DNA of 64,000 nt, taken from NCBI GenBank assembly GCA_963715195.1, contig CAVQRT010000007.1:128001-192000 (forward strand), read 5' to 3'. The position numbers and the translations under genes were made by a program. Below the pieces are notes generated by a model, which was not told the DNA's origin, ran no database searches, and saw only the letters and a list, made by a program, of their open reading frames with translations. The stretch comes from Thermodesulfovibrionales bacterium (GTDB taxonomy: Bacteria; Nitrospirota; Thermodesulfovibrionia; Thermodesulfovibrionales; SM23-35). This document shows, piece after piece, positions 31,095 through 40,540 of this stretch. Each line of letters opens with the position of its first letter. Position 1 is the stretch's first letter.

Positions 31095-32135
31095 TTAGGT
31101 TTTCGGTAATGAAAAACTGAACGTGTTGCCTTTTGCGGCACTACTTTCAACCCATATTTTCCCTCCGTGCGCTTCTATGATTGTTTTTGAAATGGCAAGT
31201 CCAAGCCCTGAACCTTTCTGCTTTCCTGCGCCACGATAAAAGGGTTCAAACAGATATGGAATTTGGTCTTTAGGGATGGCGAGGCCAGTATCTTGTATTT
31301 CAAAGAGGATGTCCTTGTCCCTACCAAACAGTCTAATACTTATTTTTCCTCCTATATCTGTGAATTTGATAGCGTTATCTAAAAGATTTGTAATAACTCT
31401 TTCAATCATCACTCTATCAGCATTCACATTAGTTACCGTGTCCGATGGAAATTCGGTGACAATATTGATATTCTTGTCATCTGCTAATATCTTTTCTGTT
31501 TCAATCTGTTTGTTAATAACCTCAACGATATCGAATGGAGCTGGTTGAGGTTGATATTCCTTACGCTCAAGCCGCACAAAATCAAGGTAATGCCTTATGA
31601 ATCCCTCGACTGTCTTCAGTTCGTCTCTTATTAATTCAAGATAGCTATACTGTTGTTGTTTTTCGACTTTGCCTCTAAGAAGTCTTGATAAAAACCCCAA
31701 TGATGCAACAAGAGGATTTTTCATATCATGAACAAGCATAGAGAGTATGTTTTTTTGTTCTCTTTCCAACTTCTTTTCAATTGTTATATCTCGAAAAAGC
31801 TCAACTCCTCCAATAAAACTTCCTTCTTGATTGAAGATAGGAGCTGCTGTTATCTGCAGAGTCATAGGATTGCCATCTCTATTTATTATGTTGCTCTCGA
31901 TTGTCTCTATAGGTTCTTGTAATTTGATTGAATGTTTAAGCAGAGGACACGCATTTTTATCAGATGTACCATGAAATATTTCCAGGTGAGATTTCCCTAT
32001 AATTTCTTCTTTGACATATCCAGTGATTTTTTCAGCAGCTTCATTAAAATCAACGACCTTTCCCCCTTCATCTACAATCGTAAATCCAATGGGAAGATTC
32101 TCTATGATTGTTTCATAAATCTGCTGTTTTTCCAT
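31095..32135 (-). CDS. Cytoplasmic PAS-domain histidine kinase
   Basis: PAS, HDMKNPL H-box, NLLDNAIKF and GSGLGL. Confidence 0.92.
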   Translation of the reverse strand: MEKQQIYETIIENLPIGFTIVDEGGKVVDFNEAAEKITGYVKEEIIGKSHLEIFHGTSDKNACPLLKHSIKLQEPIETIESNIINRDGNPMTLQITAAPIFNQEGSFIGGVELFRDITIEKKLEREQKNILSMLVHDMKNPLVASLGFLSRLLRGKVEKQQQYSYLELIRDELKTVEGFIRHYLDFVRLERKEYQPQPAPFDIVEVINKQIETEKILADDKNINIVTEFPSDTVTNVNADRVMIERVITNLLDNAIKFTDIGGKISIRLFGRDKDILFEIQDTGLAIPKDQIPYLFEPFYRGAGKQKGSGLGLAISKTIIEAHGGKIWVESSAAKGNTFSFSLPKT

Positions 32136-32329
32136 AATCCTAGTTATAACCTACATCATTTTTATATTTTTTAAAAACTGACAACCGGAGGCACTAAACA
32201 TTAAACAAAAAAAACTTTTTGCAGTGCGCATTTCAATATGGAATGCATATGTCAGGAATTACTCAATAATGTTCGTTCTTCAGAAAGGAAGCTATGAACA
32301 ATACAAACTCTATATTGATAAAAAATTAC

Positions 32330-32560
32330 TTACTCTCTGTCTAAGTCTAAGAAATCTAAAATTATCTGGATTCTGGTTTTCGGAAGACCGCTAAAAGCTT
32401 TCTTCAAGTCGTCAACTGTATAATTTTTTCTGAGAAAAGTCATAACGTCTGTTCTCTCTTTCCAGCAATCGATAATTCTTTTGCAAGGTAATCCATCGTT
32501 CATTAAAGAACAATAATCGAATTTTATTAACATACCTAATTGAGTGCAGTATATTTCCAT
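32330..32560 (-). CDS. Small Cys-containing hypothetical protein
   Basis: 76-aa ORF (YCTQLG...YC...LPC...CW), GAAGGT upstream, co-oriented behind a USP gene. Confidence 0.6.
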   Translation of the reverse strand: MEIYCTQLGMLIKFDYCSLMNDGLPCKRIIDCWKERTDVMTFLRKNYTVDDLKKAFSGLPKTRIQIILDFLDLDRE

Positions 32561-32614
32561 AGATCTACCTTCATTGATTGCACCACTCCTAAAGTCAGAT
32601 TTTTTTACAATCCA

Positions 32615-33529
32615 TTATTTCTTCATCTTTGGAAATAATTCAGGATGAGTAACAACAACCACAGGGCATAGACACTGTGCAGTTAACTCTTCTACAGTAC
32701 TACCTACATACCATCTTCTCTCTTCCTCTGTTGTATGAGACCCCATCACTATTAAATCTATATCCTTTTCGCTCGAGTATTTCTGAATTTCTACACATGG
32801 TTGTGATCCTTTCCAAATCCTATATTCATTCCTTATCTTTTCTGGGATTTTGCAAAAATCCCTAAGCTTTTTATTCAAAGAAGCGATATCGACATCCGAT
32901 TCCTTCTTGCCCGACTGGGAAATATTTAACACATGAAAAAGCAGAAGATTTGAATCATATTTCGTGGCCAATTTTATTGCAAACTCGACAGCATATTTAC
33001 AGGATTTAGAAAAATCAATACAAACCATTATATTTTTGAAATTAAGCCTTTCTTTTGGAGTGAGACGATTGACTATCATCGTAGGATGAGTGGAATGCAT
33101 AATCACATCTTCCACGGTATTTCCTATGGGAAGTCCGATCAATTCTTCCTCTTCTTCGATTTTCCCCGCATGGGGCCCAAGCACAATTAAATCTGCCCCC
33201 ATCTTCCTCGCCCTTCTCCTTATTTCTATGCTAGGCTTCCCATAAGCTATATCAATCTGGTAGTTGCCGTAAGGTTTCAGAGCCCCTCCACATTTGTTAT
33301 CAAGTTCCTGTTTCACTCTCTCTCTGTACTCTTGACTTGTAGCAGTGTCCTCACCTGTTTTGAAGTCTTTGACTGACTCCAATGGCCCGCACTCATGAAA
33401 ATAAGATGGTTCAAGAACATGCAAAACAAAGAGCCTCCCCTGATCTTTTTTTGCAATTTCCAAAGCGGTAACCACAGCTGCATCGCAGGCCTCTAACATA
33501 TCAGTTGCCGTTAACACTCTTTCAAACAT
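32615..33529 (-). CDS. Tandem-domain universal stress protein
   Basis: Two Usp domains (ADLIVLG, IDLIVMGSH...GSTV...CPVVVV); AAGGAGG RBS. Confidence 0.9.
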   Translation of the reverse strand: MFERVLTATDMLEACDAAVVTALEIAKKDQGRLFVLHVLEPSYFHECGPLESVKDFKTGEDTATSQEYRERVKQELDNKCGGALKPYGNYQIDIAYGKPSIEIRRRARKMGADLIVLGPHAGKIEEEEELIGLPIGNTVEDVIMHSTHPTMIVNRLTPKERLNFKNIMVCIDFSKSCKYAVEFAIKLATKYDSNLLLFHVLNISQSGKKESDVDIASLNKKLRDFCKIPEKIRNEYRIWKGSQPCVEIQKYSSEKDIDLIVMGSHTTEEERRWYVGSTVEELTAQCLCPVVVVTHPELFPKMKK

Positions 33530-33871
33530 TTTAACCTCCTTTTATTTAGTGAATTGTTTCTAATAACAGGAAATCGACAATTATCCGAATAATGATTAAT
33601 TCATAACCCCCATCCTTTTTTAAGGTTCAATAAATGAAGCGTCTTTCGATGAGTGAGATATCCTCCCTATCAGACGTTTGTTCACACATATAACATCAGT
33701 CGAAAACTTACAAACAACGCTTAAGTCGTGTATTATTAGCAACGTTGTTAAATTAGATTTTTCTAATGCTCGCATGTTTTTATAACGCTGTATCTAATGG
33801 AAGGCTACACATTAACGATTACTGATTTGTGATGTTGATTGTGTAACCATTCAAAATAGAATTGCAATATT

Positions 33872-34342
33872 TCAGCCCTCCTGTAAAGTACAGATATAAG
33901 GAATTCTTACCGTAAGCACTGGACAGGGTGCATATCTTATAACTTGTGACGCTGTACTTCCCAATAGAACTCTATTCAGCCCTTTTCTTCCATGTGATCC
34001 CATAATGATTACATCGATGTTGTTCTTTTTAGCGAAATTTATTATTTCTTCATATGGGACGCCTATGATTACATGGCGTTCTTTAACCTTAATGGCACTG
34101 AGTTCCTCTACCGCAAATTTATCAATCTCTTTTTTTGCATCTTCTTCGAACTTCTTGTACATCTCCTCCATTGCTGGATATGGAACATACCAACCTCCTC
34201 CTTTTACCACATCATAAATAACGTGAAGGAGATAAAGTTTTGCTCCATAACGCTTTGTCAGATCTACAGCATACGGCAGTGCTTGAGATGATCCCTCAGA
34301 AAAGTCTGTTGGGAAAAGAATGTTTTTAATTTCCATGTCCAA
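33872..34342 (-). CDS. Universal stress protein
   Basis: ILFPTDFS, MGSHGRKG...GSTA and CPVLTV. Confidence 0.94.
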   Translation of the reverse strand: MDMEIKNILFPTDFSEGSSQALPYAVDLTKRYGAKLYLLHVIYDVVKGGGWYVPYPAMEEMYKKFEEDAKKEIDKFAVEELSAIKVKERHVIIGVPYEEIINFAKKNNIDVIIMGSHGRKGLNRVLLGSTASQVIRYAPCPVLTVRIPYICTLQEG

Positions 34343-34565
34343 TTCCTATTCCTTTTCTTAAGGACATATCAACAACCTCCTTCATTTTCGTATCTCTCTT
34401 ATCATCAGTTTTTGAAATAGAACTCGGACTTTTTTCCACATTCAACTTTTCTTTTTTATATGCTCCAATAGCATCTTTTACAGTACCCTCAGCACCTGTA
34501 ATTACCTTATTTCCTGCAGCCTGCAAGGTCTGTAAGGCATTCGGTCCGACTTTTCCTGTTAGAAT
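34326..34565 (-). pseudogene. C-terminal remnant of a NifB/NifX-family cofactor-binding protein
   Basis: ILTGKVGPNALQTLQAAGNKVITGAEGTVKDAI preceded directly by an in-frame TAA; N-terminal half absent. Confidence 0.65.
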
Positions 34566-35203
34566 TTATTCCTTCGAGAGGAAAACCTCCCTTTTCGAGC
34601 CTGCTTTTTTCCATATATCTGCCTTTCCCTTGATTCCTACTTATTTTATTCTCTGTAAAGAATGACAGGCACCCTTTGGTAGGGAGAAACAGTTGGTGTA
34701 ATACTGGATCTTGTATGTAGGAAGATAGTGTTACTTGATTTATACTACTATAATTTTCTTGAGGTTGTCTCTTTCATCAAGAGAGAATTCAAACACCTCC
34801 CTAAGGCGTCTTTGAATAAAATCTATCAAAATATACTTAGCTTGTCAACTTAGTGTATAAATTGCATCTGTTTAATATCCATCCCGATGACTAAAGCATC
34901 GGGGTATGAAATATATATGGTAATTAACAGGAGTCAGAAATGTTCGAAATGCGTCTTCTATGTGCATCATGTAAAAGAGAACTGTTTCTAAGAGGGTGAA
35001 CTCTATCATCTTTCGTTGAGGCACATGATATGAGAACATAAAGACCATCAGAGGTATGCCCAACCGCACATCAACAGGGTAAGGCAATCGTTAAAAGGTA
35101 AAGACAACTTTTTGCAAATAAGAGGAAAAATAGGGTGTAAAATTGGGAACATTATTACGATTTCATGACACTACATGTTATAATTCCCGTAAGTTATTGA
35201 TTT

Positions 35204-35278
35204 GCGGGCGTAACTCAGCGGTAGAGTGTCAGCTTCCCAAGCTGAAGGTCGCGGGTTCGAATCCCGTCGCCCGCTCCA
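35204..35278 (+). tRNA. tRNA-Gly (anticodon CCC)
   Basis: Full cloverleaf: GCGGGCG/CGCCCGC acceptor, TCAGC-TTCCCAA-GCTGA, GGTTCGAATCC, encoded CCA; TGtTATAAT upstream. Confidence 0.97.
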
Positions 35279-35376
35279 AACCAGTCTTTTCGTTTCAAAA
35301 ACTATCCGCAGCTTATCCTTTTTGTTTTCACTGAAACCGCTGAATTGTGTTCCTGCAGATGATCGCAATACATGAT

Positions 35377-36675
35377 CTATTTGACCTTGAAAGCCTCTGT
35401 CCCGATGAGGATGACAACAATTGCAGAAAGCACCGCTTTGAAGGTGGCAGCGATAACACCGATTATGAACGCCTTGCCTCCGGCCTTTTTGAGGTCGTCA
35501 AACGCAATGTTGAGACCGACACCTGCAAATCCCACCGCAAAGAAAATTTTCAGGAATTGCTTGCCAAAAATTGTCCTGTGCTCTTCTGTGAAAACACCGA
35601 ACTCATTTAGGGTAACCATTGCAAAAAACCCAAGTATGAATAAGGGGAACTTCTCCTTTATCACCTGCCATGTATGTATCTTTTCATGTCTGCCTGCAGC
35701 GGTTGCCTGTCTGATTACATAAAACCAGATACAATAAATGACGACAAGCGGAATAAACCCTACCCTGACTATGTTAATAATATTTGCAGTGAGGAGTGAA
35801 TCGTGACCGTACCAAGTTGCCGCAGCAACGAGTTGGGCCGTATTCAGAATTGCGGTTCCAACCCATGCCCCAAAAACTGGTTCAGACATTCCCAATGCCT
35901 TGCCAATATAAGGGAAAGTGAAAAGTGCAACTGTTCCGAAAAGAAGGATCGTTCCAACCGCATAAAAGAAGTCCCTCGGTTTGGCATTGACAACCGGGGC
36001 AACAGCAACCGCAGCGGAGACTCCGCAAATCCCTGTTCCAGCAGCCATAACCCCCATAAGGCCATCGTCTTGTTTCAGTCGTCTGCCGAGAATTGATACG
36101 AGCACGGTCGTGCCGAATATAAAAATAAACACCAGTATGAGAGCAAAAATGCCAACCTTGAGAAGATTGGACCATAAATAATATCCGCCGAGCAGGATAA
36201 TGCCTGGTTTAATAATGGGTCTTGCCAAGACTGCACCTGTCTGAAAGATTTTTGGAAGTCCGATAGTGTTTCGTATGATCATACCTCCCAATAACAGAAC
36301 GGCAACGTAGGTGAGCTGGAACTGAATCATTTTTTCTCCGAACCTGAATTTGAATGGTATTTCCTTCGCAATTACAAGAGTCGTGTAATCTTTCTCTTTC
36401 AGGAGGTAAGGCTTCTTGGGCTTTTCCTTTATTTCTCCAAGCTCGAAGGCTGCAAGCTTTTCCTGATACTTTGTCTCCCTTTCTGCTTTGTATTCAGCAA
36501 AAGACAAAAAACCCCCGCCTTCTCTTTGAGAAGCCTTCAGAATCTTTTCGCTCTCCTCGGAGTCCTTCTGCCATCTATGTATGGATTGATCCCATTGAAG
36601 AGCCAACCATCCGAGTATCATGCAAAGCATGAGCCCCGGAATATATTTCACAATACCATCATTTGTACCAGTCAT
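35377..36675 (-). CDS. Putative sulfate exporter family (YeiH/UPF0324) membrane protein
   Basis: GIILLG, AGTGICGVSAAVA, GAWVGTA and FILGF; many TM segments. Confidence 0.87.
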   Translation of the reverse strand: MTGTNDGIVKYIPGLMLCMILGWLALQWDQSIHRWQKDSEESEKILKASQREGGGFLSFAEYKAERETKYQEKLAAFELGEIKEKPKKPYLLKEKDYTTLVIAKEIPFKFRFGEKMIQFQLTYVAVLLLGGMIIRNTIGLPKIFQTGAVLARPIIKPGIILLGGYYLWSNLLKVGIFALILVFIFIFGTTVLVSILGRRLKQDDGLMGVMAAGTGICGVSAAVAVAPVVNAKPRDFFYAVGTILLFGTVALFTFPYIGKALGMSEPVFGAWVGTAILNTAQLVAAATWYGHDSLLTANIINIVRVGFIPLVVIYCIWFYVIRQATAAGRHEKIHTWQVIKEKFPLFILGFFAMVTLNEFGVFTEEHRTIFGKQFLKIFFAVGFAGVGLNIAFDDLKKAGGKAFIIGVIAATFKAVLSAIVVILIGTEAFKVK

Positions 36676-36688
36676 ATTTCTCCCCCTA

Positions 36689-36844
36689 TTAAAAAAACAA
36701 TGATGGAAAGGTTTTCTGTGTAATTACTCCTGTCAGGCCGAGTACTACCGTGATTGCTGCCAATATCAGTACCCAGATATCTTCCTTTCTCTCAGCAGAA
36801 AAGACCTTTTTCGCTTTGTCCTCAAATTCCCTCGTGTCTGCCAT
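36689..36844 (-). CDS. Small single-TM protein (51 aa, not in ORF track)
   Basis: AAAGGAGG RBS; MADTREF...EDIWVLILAAITVVLGLTGVI...FF; ends 13 nt before the exporter start. Confidence 0.7.
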   Translation of the reverse strand: MADTREFEDKAKKVFSAERKEDIWVLILAAITVVLGLTGVITQKTFPSLFF

Positions 36845-36896
36845 TTCATCCCTCCTTTGACGGTTATTATGTCAATCAAACATCGATAATTGAATC

Positions 36897-37316
36897 TTAC
36901 TTCATCACAAGAACCGGCACAGGCGAACGCTCAATCAGTCTTGCAGTAGTGCTTCCAAAAGCAAATTTCCTTGCACCATGCTTTCCATGGGATGCAGCTA
37001 TGATCATGTCTGCGCCTTCTCTTTTGGCTGCCTCAACAATCATTTCAGCCGGGCTGCCTGTTTCAGTGAGAACCCTTGCAGAAACCCCTGCCTTCTTGAA
37101 TGCCTCCATGGCATATGCAGTGATAACCTTAGATTCCTTTGTCTGGAGTTCCCGGACAACGGTGCAGTCCATCTCTGTCAGCCCTATCGGACAGAAATCT
37201 TCGATGACATGAACGCAGATAATCTCTGTATCCTCTTTTTGTGCAAGTTCCACGGCCTTGTCGATTGCTTTTTGTGCAAAAGCGGATCCATCATACGCGA
37301 CAATTATCTTTTGCAT
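36897..37316 (-). CDS. Universal stress protein
   Basis: IIVAYDGS, ADMII.ASHG...GSTT and PVLV. Confidence 0.92.
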   Translation of the reverse strand: MQKIIVAYDGSAFAQKAIDKAVELAQKEDTEIICVHVIEDFCPIGLTEMDCTVVRELQTKESKVITAYAMEAFKKAGVSARVLTETGSPAEMIVEAAKREGADMIIAASHGKHGARKFAFGSTTARLIERSPVPVLVMK

Positions 37317-37418
37317 CTTGCACCCTCCTTTCTCTATATTTTTTCAAGAAACTGTCCGCCTGTCAGACCGTCTCTATGGAAATCATCAAGCCGTTGTATG
37401 TGAGAGATGTCCCAATCG

Positions 37419-37937
37419 TTATGGGTTTAAAAATTTCAGCGCGATTACAACTCCTATCAATGCAAGAAGCCCAATCCCCTCAGCGAGGACGATTATTATC
37501 GTGATCCTTCTTTGAGACGGCGTCATCCTGAGCCAGAATCTGTCGAGGATCCACTTGATAATCCTGCTTTGTTTTTTCTCAAGGTATATATAATTCTTTA
37601 ACCCTTTCAACCAGTAAGGGAGATCTTCGTTCCTGAAAAAATCACCGGTTAAGGACAGACGAATTATTTCAGGTTTCATTTCATCAAGGGAAAACTCTAT
37701 TATATTTGAATCCATTATATAACAGATTCCTTTTTCCCGCATTTCAACCTGCAAACTCAATTGCGTGGTCTCATCAGCTCTGTCATCATATAGTACGAGG
37801 GAATATAGACCTTTTTCCTTGTCAGCAGCCTTGATCTCCTTGATATGCCATGATGGATTCAGCCTGAGAACGACGTCCGGTCTCAGGAAAAATTCTCTTA
37901 CCCTTTCGAACGGGGCGTTAATAGTAACAGGAGTCAT
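37419..37937 (-). CDS. Hypothetical protein with C-terminal TM helix
   Basis: 172-aa ORF overlapping the upstream USP stop by 4 nt. Confidence 0.7.
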   Translation of the reverse strand: MTPVTINAPFERVREFFLRPDVVLRLNPSWHIKEIKAADKEKGLYSLVLYDDRADETTQLSLQVEMREKGICYIMDSNIIEFSLDEMKPEIIRLSLTGDFFRNEDLPYWLKGLKNYIYLEKKQSRIIKWILDRFWLRMTPSQRRITIIIVLAEGIGLLALIGVVIALKFLNP

Positions 37938-38377
37938 CGTACAAAAATGGCCGGAATCCGTATTCTTTTGAAGATCTTCATCGGCAGGTTACAGGACCTT
38001 ACCCTTTCTGTGAAAGCTGTGAGAGGCCTGGCACCGAGTATCAGCAGGTCATATGAATGTTCGAATGTTTCCTTTATGATCTCTTCTTCGGGTGAACCGC
38101 ATCGTACGATAACATCGTATAATACCCCTCTTGAATCGGCTCTTGATTTGAATCCGGCTATTATATCGTCCGATTCCTTCCCGAGCTCTCTTTCGATATG
38201 ATTTCTGTATTCATTTCTCCCAACGGCATATATCTCATCCGCGAATTTCATCAGGTAAGGATTTATAACATGAAGGGCGGTAATATTTCCCTGGAATGCT
38301 TCGGCTATGTCGATGGCATAGTTGATTGCTTTTTCAGTCCACTGCTCTCCGTCAATGCAGAGAAGAATATTTTTCAT
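37934..38377 (-). CDS. Universal stress protein
   Basis: MKNILLCIDG, GSPEEEII and YDLLILG; start coupled to the upstream stop. Confidence 0.85.
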   Translation of the reverse strand: MKNILLCIDGEQWTEKAINYAIDIAEAFQGNITALHVINPYLMKFADEIYAVGRNEYRNHIERELGKESDDIIAGFKSRADSRGVLYDVIVRCGSPEEEIIKETFEHSYDLLILGARPLTAFTERVRSCNLPMKIFKRIRIPAIFVR

Positions 38378-38946
38378 CACCGATCGTGTAATTTTTTCCG
38401 AACATGATAGAACCTCTGGAAAACCGTGATATGTGTCAGAACGAGCATTATCCAGAGAATCGGTACAATCCATCCCGTGAGCGTTGCAAAAATGAGAAGG
38501 ATTATTCTCTCGGGCCTTTCCATGATTCCCGTGTGGCATGATACTCCGAGGCCTTCTGCCCTCGCCCGTGCATAACTGATAAGGAATGCTCCGATTAATG
38601 TTCCGATGCTGAGGAAGGCACCGGTATGATCATGATTTGCAGCGAGATACCAGGCGATTGCAAGGAAAAGAAAAGCATCGGAGTATCTGTCGAGGAGAGA
38701 GTCGAGAAAAGCACCGAATTGTGTGACCCTTCCGGTTGTTCTTGCGACAATACCGTCGAGCATATCGAAGATGCCGCCGAACAGGATAAGAATTCCACCC
38801 AGTGTGGTGCTGTGGGGAATCGTGATGGCTGCACTGAGAGTTATGAGAAAGCCTGTTACGGTGAGGAAATTCGGACTTACCGGGATTCGTTTTGCAATCG
38901 ATCCGAGAGGAGCATCGAGAAAATGACCGAGCTTTGCACTCAGCAT
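38377..38946 (-). CDS. CDP-alcohol phosphatidyltransferase (PIP synthase-like)
   Basis: SPNFLT, DMLDGIVAR...GAFLDSLLDR, SYARARAE and ERPER. Confidence 0.9.
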   Translation of the reverse strand: MLSAKLGHFLDAPLGSIAKRIPVSPNFLTVTGFLITLSAAITIPHSTTLGGILILFGGIFDMLDGIVARTTGRVTQFGAFLDSLLDRYSDAFLFLAIAWYLAANHDHTGAFLSIGTLIGAFLISYARARAEGLGVSCHTGIMERPERIILLIFATLTGWIVPILWIMLVLTHITVFQRFYHVRKKLHDR

Positions 38947-40050
38947 TTACCTTTCAAGGGTCCCTTTTATGAAAGCCTCCACCATTGCCCGCGCCTTTTC
39001 ATCAGGAAACTGGATCATCGGATGCTTCATGAAATATGCTGAAGGTGAGATGAGCACGCCCCCTACTCCTCTGTCCCTTGCGATTTTACAGCACCGTAGT
39101 GCATCGATCACCACGCCTGCACTATTCGGAGAGTCCTCAACGGAGAGTCTCAGTTCCAGGTTAAGCGGGACACTTCCAAACCCTCTCCCCTCCATTCTGA
39201 GAAAACAAATTTTATTATCATGCAGCCACGGCACATAATCGGAAGGACCGATATGGATATGTTCATCACCGAGGGGTTCATTCATTTGCGATTGCACTGC
39301 CTCTGTCTTCGATATCTTTTTGAACCTGACCCTGCTTCTGTTCAGCATGTTCAGGAAGTCGGTATTTCCGCCAACATTCAGCTGGTAAGTGTTATCGATC
39401 CGGACTCCCCTGTCCTCAAAAAGTCTGGTTAGCGCCCTGTGAATGATCGTCGCACCGATCTGGCTCTTGATGTCATCCCCGATTACCGGTATCTTTCTCT
39501 GCTCAAATTTCCGTGCCCATGCTTTATCGGATGCGATAAAGACGGGGACACAATTGATGAGGCTCACGCCCGATTTCAGGCATGCTTCGGCATAGTAAGC
39601 CGTTGCTTTTTCGGAACCTACGGGGAGATAACTGATCAACATGTCGGCTCCGGTCTTCTTCAGGACCTGCACGATATTGGATGGTTTCTTTCTTGCAACC
39701 ACAAATCTCCTCTGCTCCGGATAGAGCTTCATCTGTGTTGACACCCCATCGAGGACATTTCCCATGAAAACCGGAGCCTCTAAATCGTCAAGATTCTCAG
39801 TGATCCTCTTTGTGCAATTGGGGGGAGCAAAGACAGCGTCTCTTAATGATTTGCCGACTTTCCTCTGATCTATGTCAAAGGCAGCAACGAAAGTGATATC
39901 ATCAGGCCTGTAACCGCCGAGTGAATAGTGCATGAGGCCGAGCGTCTTGTCGGGATGATTTTTTGCGAGCGAACGATAATATGCAACACCCTGAATCAAT
40001 GAACTCGCACAGTTACCGATACCCGCAACAGCAACTCTTATCTTTCCCAT
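38947..40050 (-). CDS. ino1: myo-Inositol-1-phosphate synthase
   Basis: GIGNCASS, YLPVGS, GDDIKSQ, GGNTDF and DSPNSAG. Confidence 0.94.
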   Translation of the reverse strand: MGKIRVAVAGIGNCASSLIQGVAYYRSLAKNHPDKTLGLMHYSLGGYRPDDITFVAAFDIDQRKVGKSLRDAVFAPPNCTKRITENLDDLEAPVFMGNVLDGVSTQMKLYPEQRRFVVARKKPSNIVQVLKKTGADMLISYLPVGSEKATAYYAEACLKSGVSLINCVPVFIASDKAWARKFEQRKIPVIGDDIKSQIGATIIHRALTRLFEDRGVRIDNTYQLNVGGNTDFLNMLNRSRVRFKKISKTEAVQSQMNEPLGDEHIHIGPSDYVPWLHDNKICFLRMEGRGFGSVPLNLELRLSVEDSPNSAGVVIDALRCCKIARDRGVGGVLISPSAYFMKHPMIQFPDEKARAMVEAFIKGTLER

Positions 40051-40057
40051 ACTGTAT

Positions 40058-40468
40058 TCACCGTTTCTGAATGCGCTTGTATAACAACATGATAAGATCC
40101 TCAAGCTTTAGATTGAAGTCTTTCAGGAGGCTGTCCATCGATTCTTCGCAGTATTCAAGAAACCGTTTCCAGATTCTCTGCACCGTGTCCTTGTCGAGGT
40201 CCGATGCGTATGCTGTCTCCCGGAAACTCATCCCGTTTAGAAGATAACGGATGACCTCGCGTATTTTTGATTCCTTTGTGTGGAGACCGAAAAAGACTGT
40301 GTTTCTTCTCTCTGAAAATCTGAAATTGCAGGTTTTGCATTTGAGGAGTCTCCTGCGGTCTTTCCCATATCGATCGATAATGAATATATTGCCGAGGCCC
40401 TTTATTTTATGATCACTGCAGGTTTTATTCGGACAGAAAAAGTTGTCCATATCGAGAGAAATATTCAT
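40058..40468 (-). CDS. IS1 InsA-like Zn-ribbon/HTH protein without catalytic domain
   Basis: FCPNKTC...KCKTC...FSERRNT plus HTH GMSFRETA...DKDTVQR; no DDE ORF follows. Confidence 0.75.
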   Translation of the reverse strand: MNISLDMDNFFCPNKTCSDHKIKGLGNIFIIDRYGKDRRRLLKCKTCNFRFSERRNTVFFGLHTKESKIREVIRYLLNGMSFRETAYASDLDKDTVQRIWKRFLEYCEESMDSLLKDFNLKLEDLIMLLYKRIQKR

Positions 40469-40474
40469 GTCAAG

Positions 40475-40503
40475 GTTATACCAGACGTCTCAGAGAAAGT
40501 CAA
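40475..40503 (-). promoter_or_regulatory. Promoter of the InsA-like/ino1 unit, leaderless geometry
   Basis: TTGACT-17-TATAAC (TG-extended)-6 nt-ATG. Confidence 0.65.
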
Positions 40504-40540
40504 GCTCATTATCAATGATATGGGGACAAGAAGGAACCGT

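Noticed and set aside
27800..35278. tRNA-Gly as integration site of the AT-rich patch
   Set aside because: The patch lies 5' of the tRNA, and no duplicated tRNA end or integrase was found.
35143..35368. ORFs overlapping tRNA-Gly
   Set aside because: Shadow translations of the tRNA.
40058..40468. Active IS1 element
   Set aside because: No DDE domain, inverted repeats or target duplication visible.
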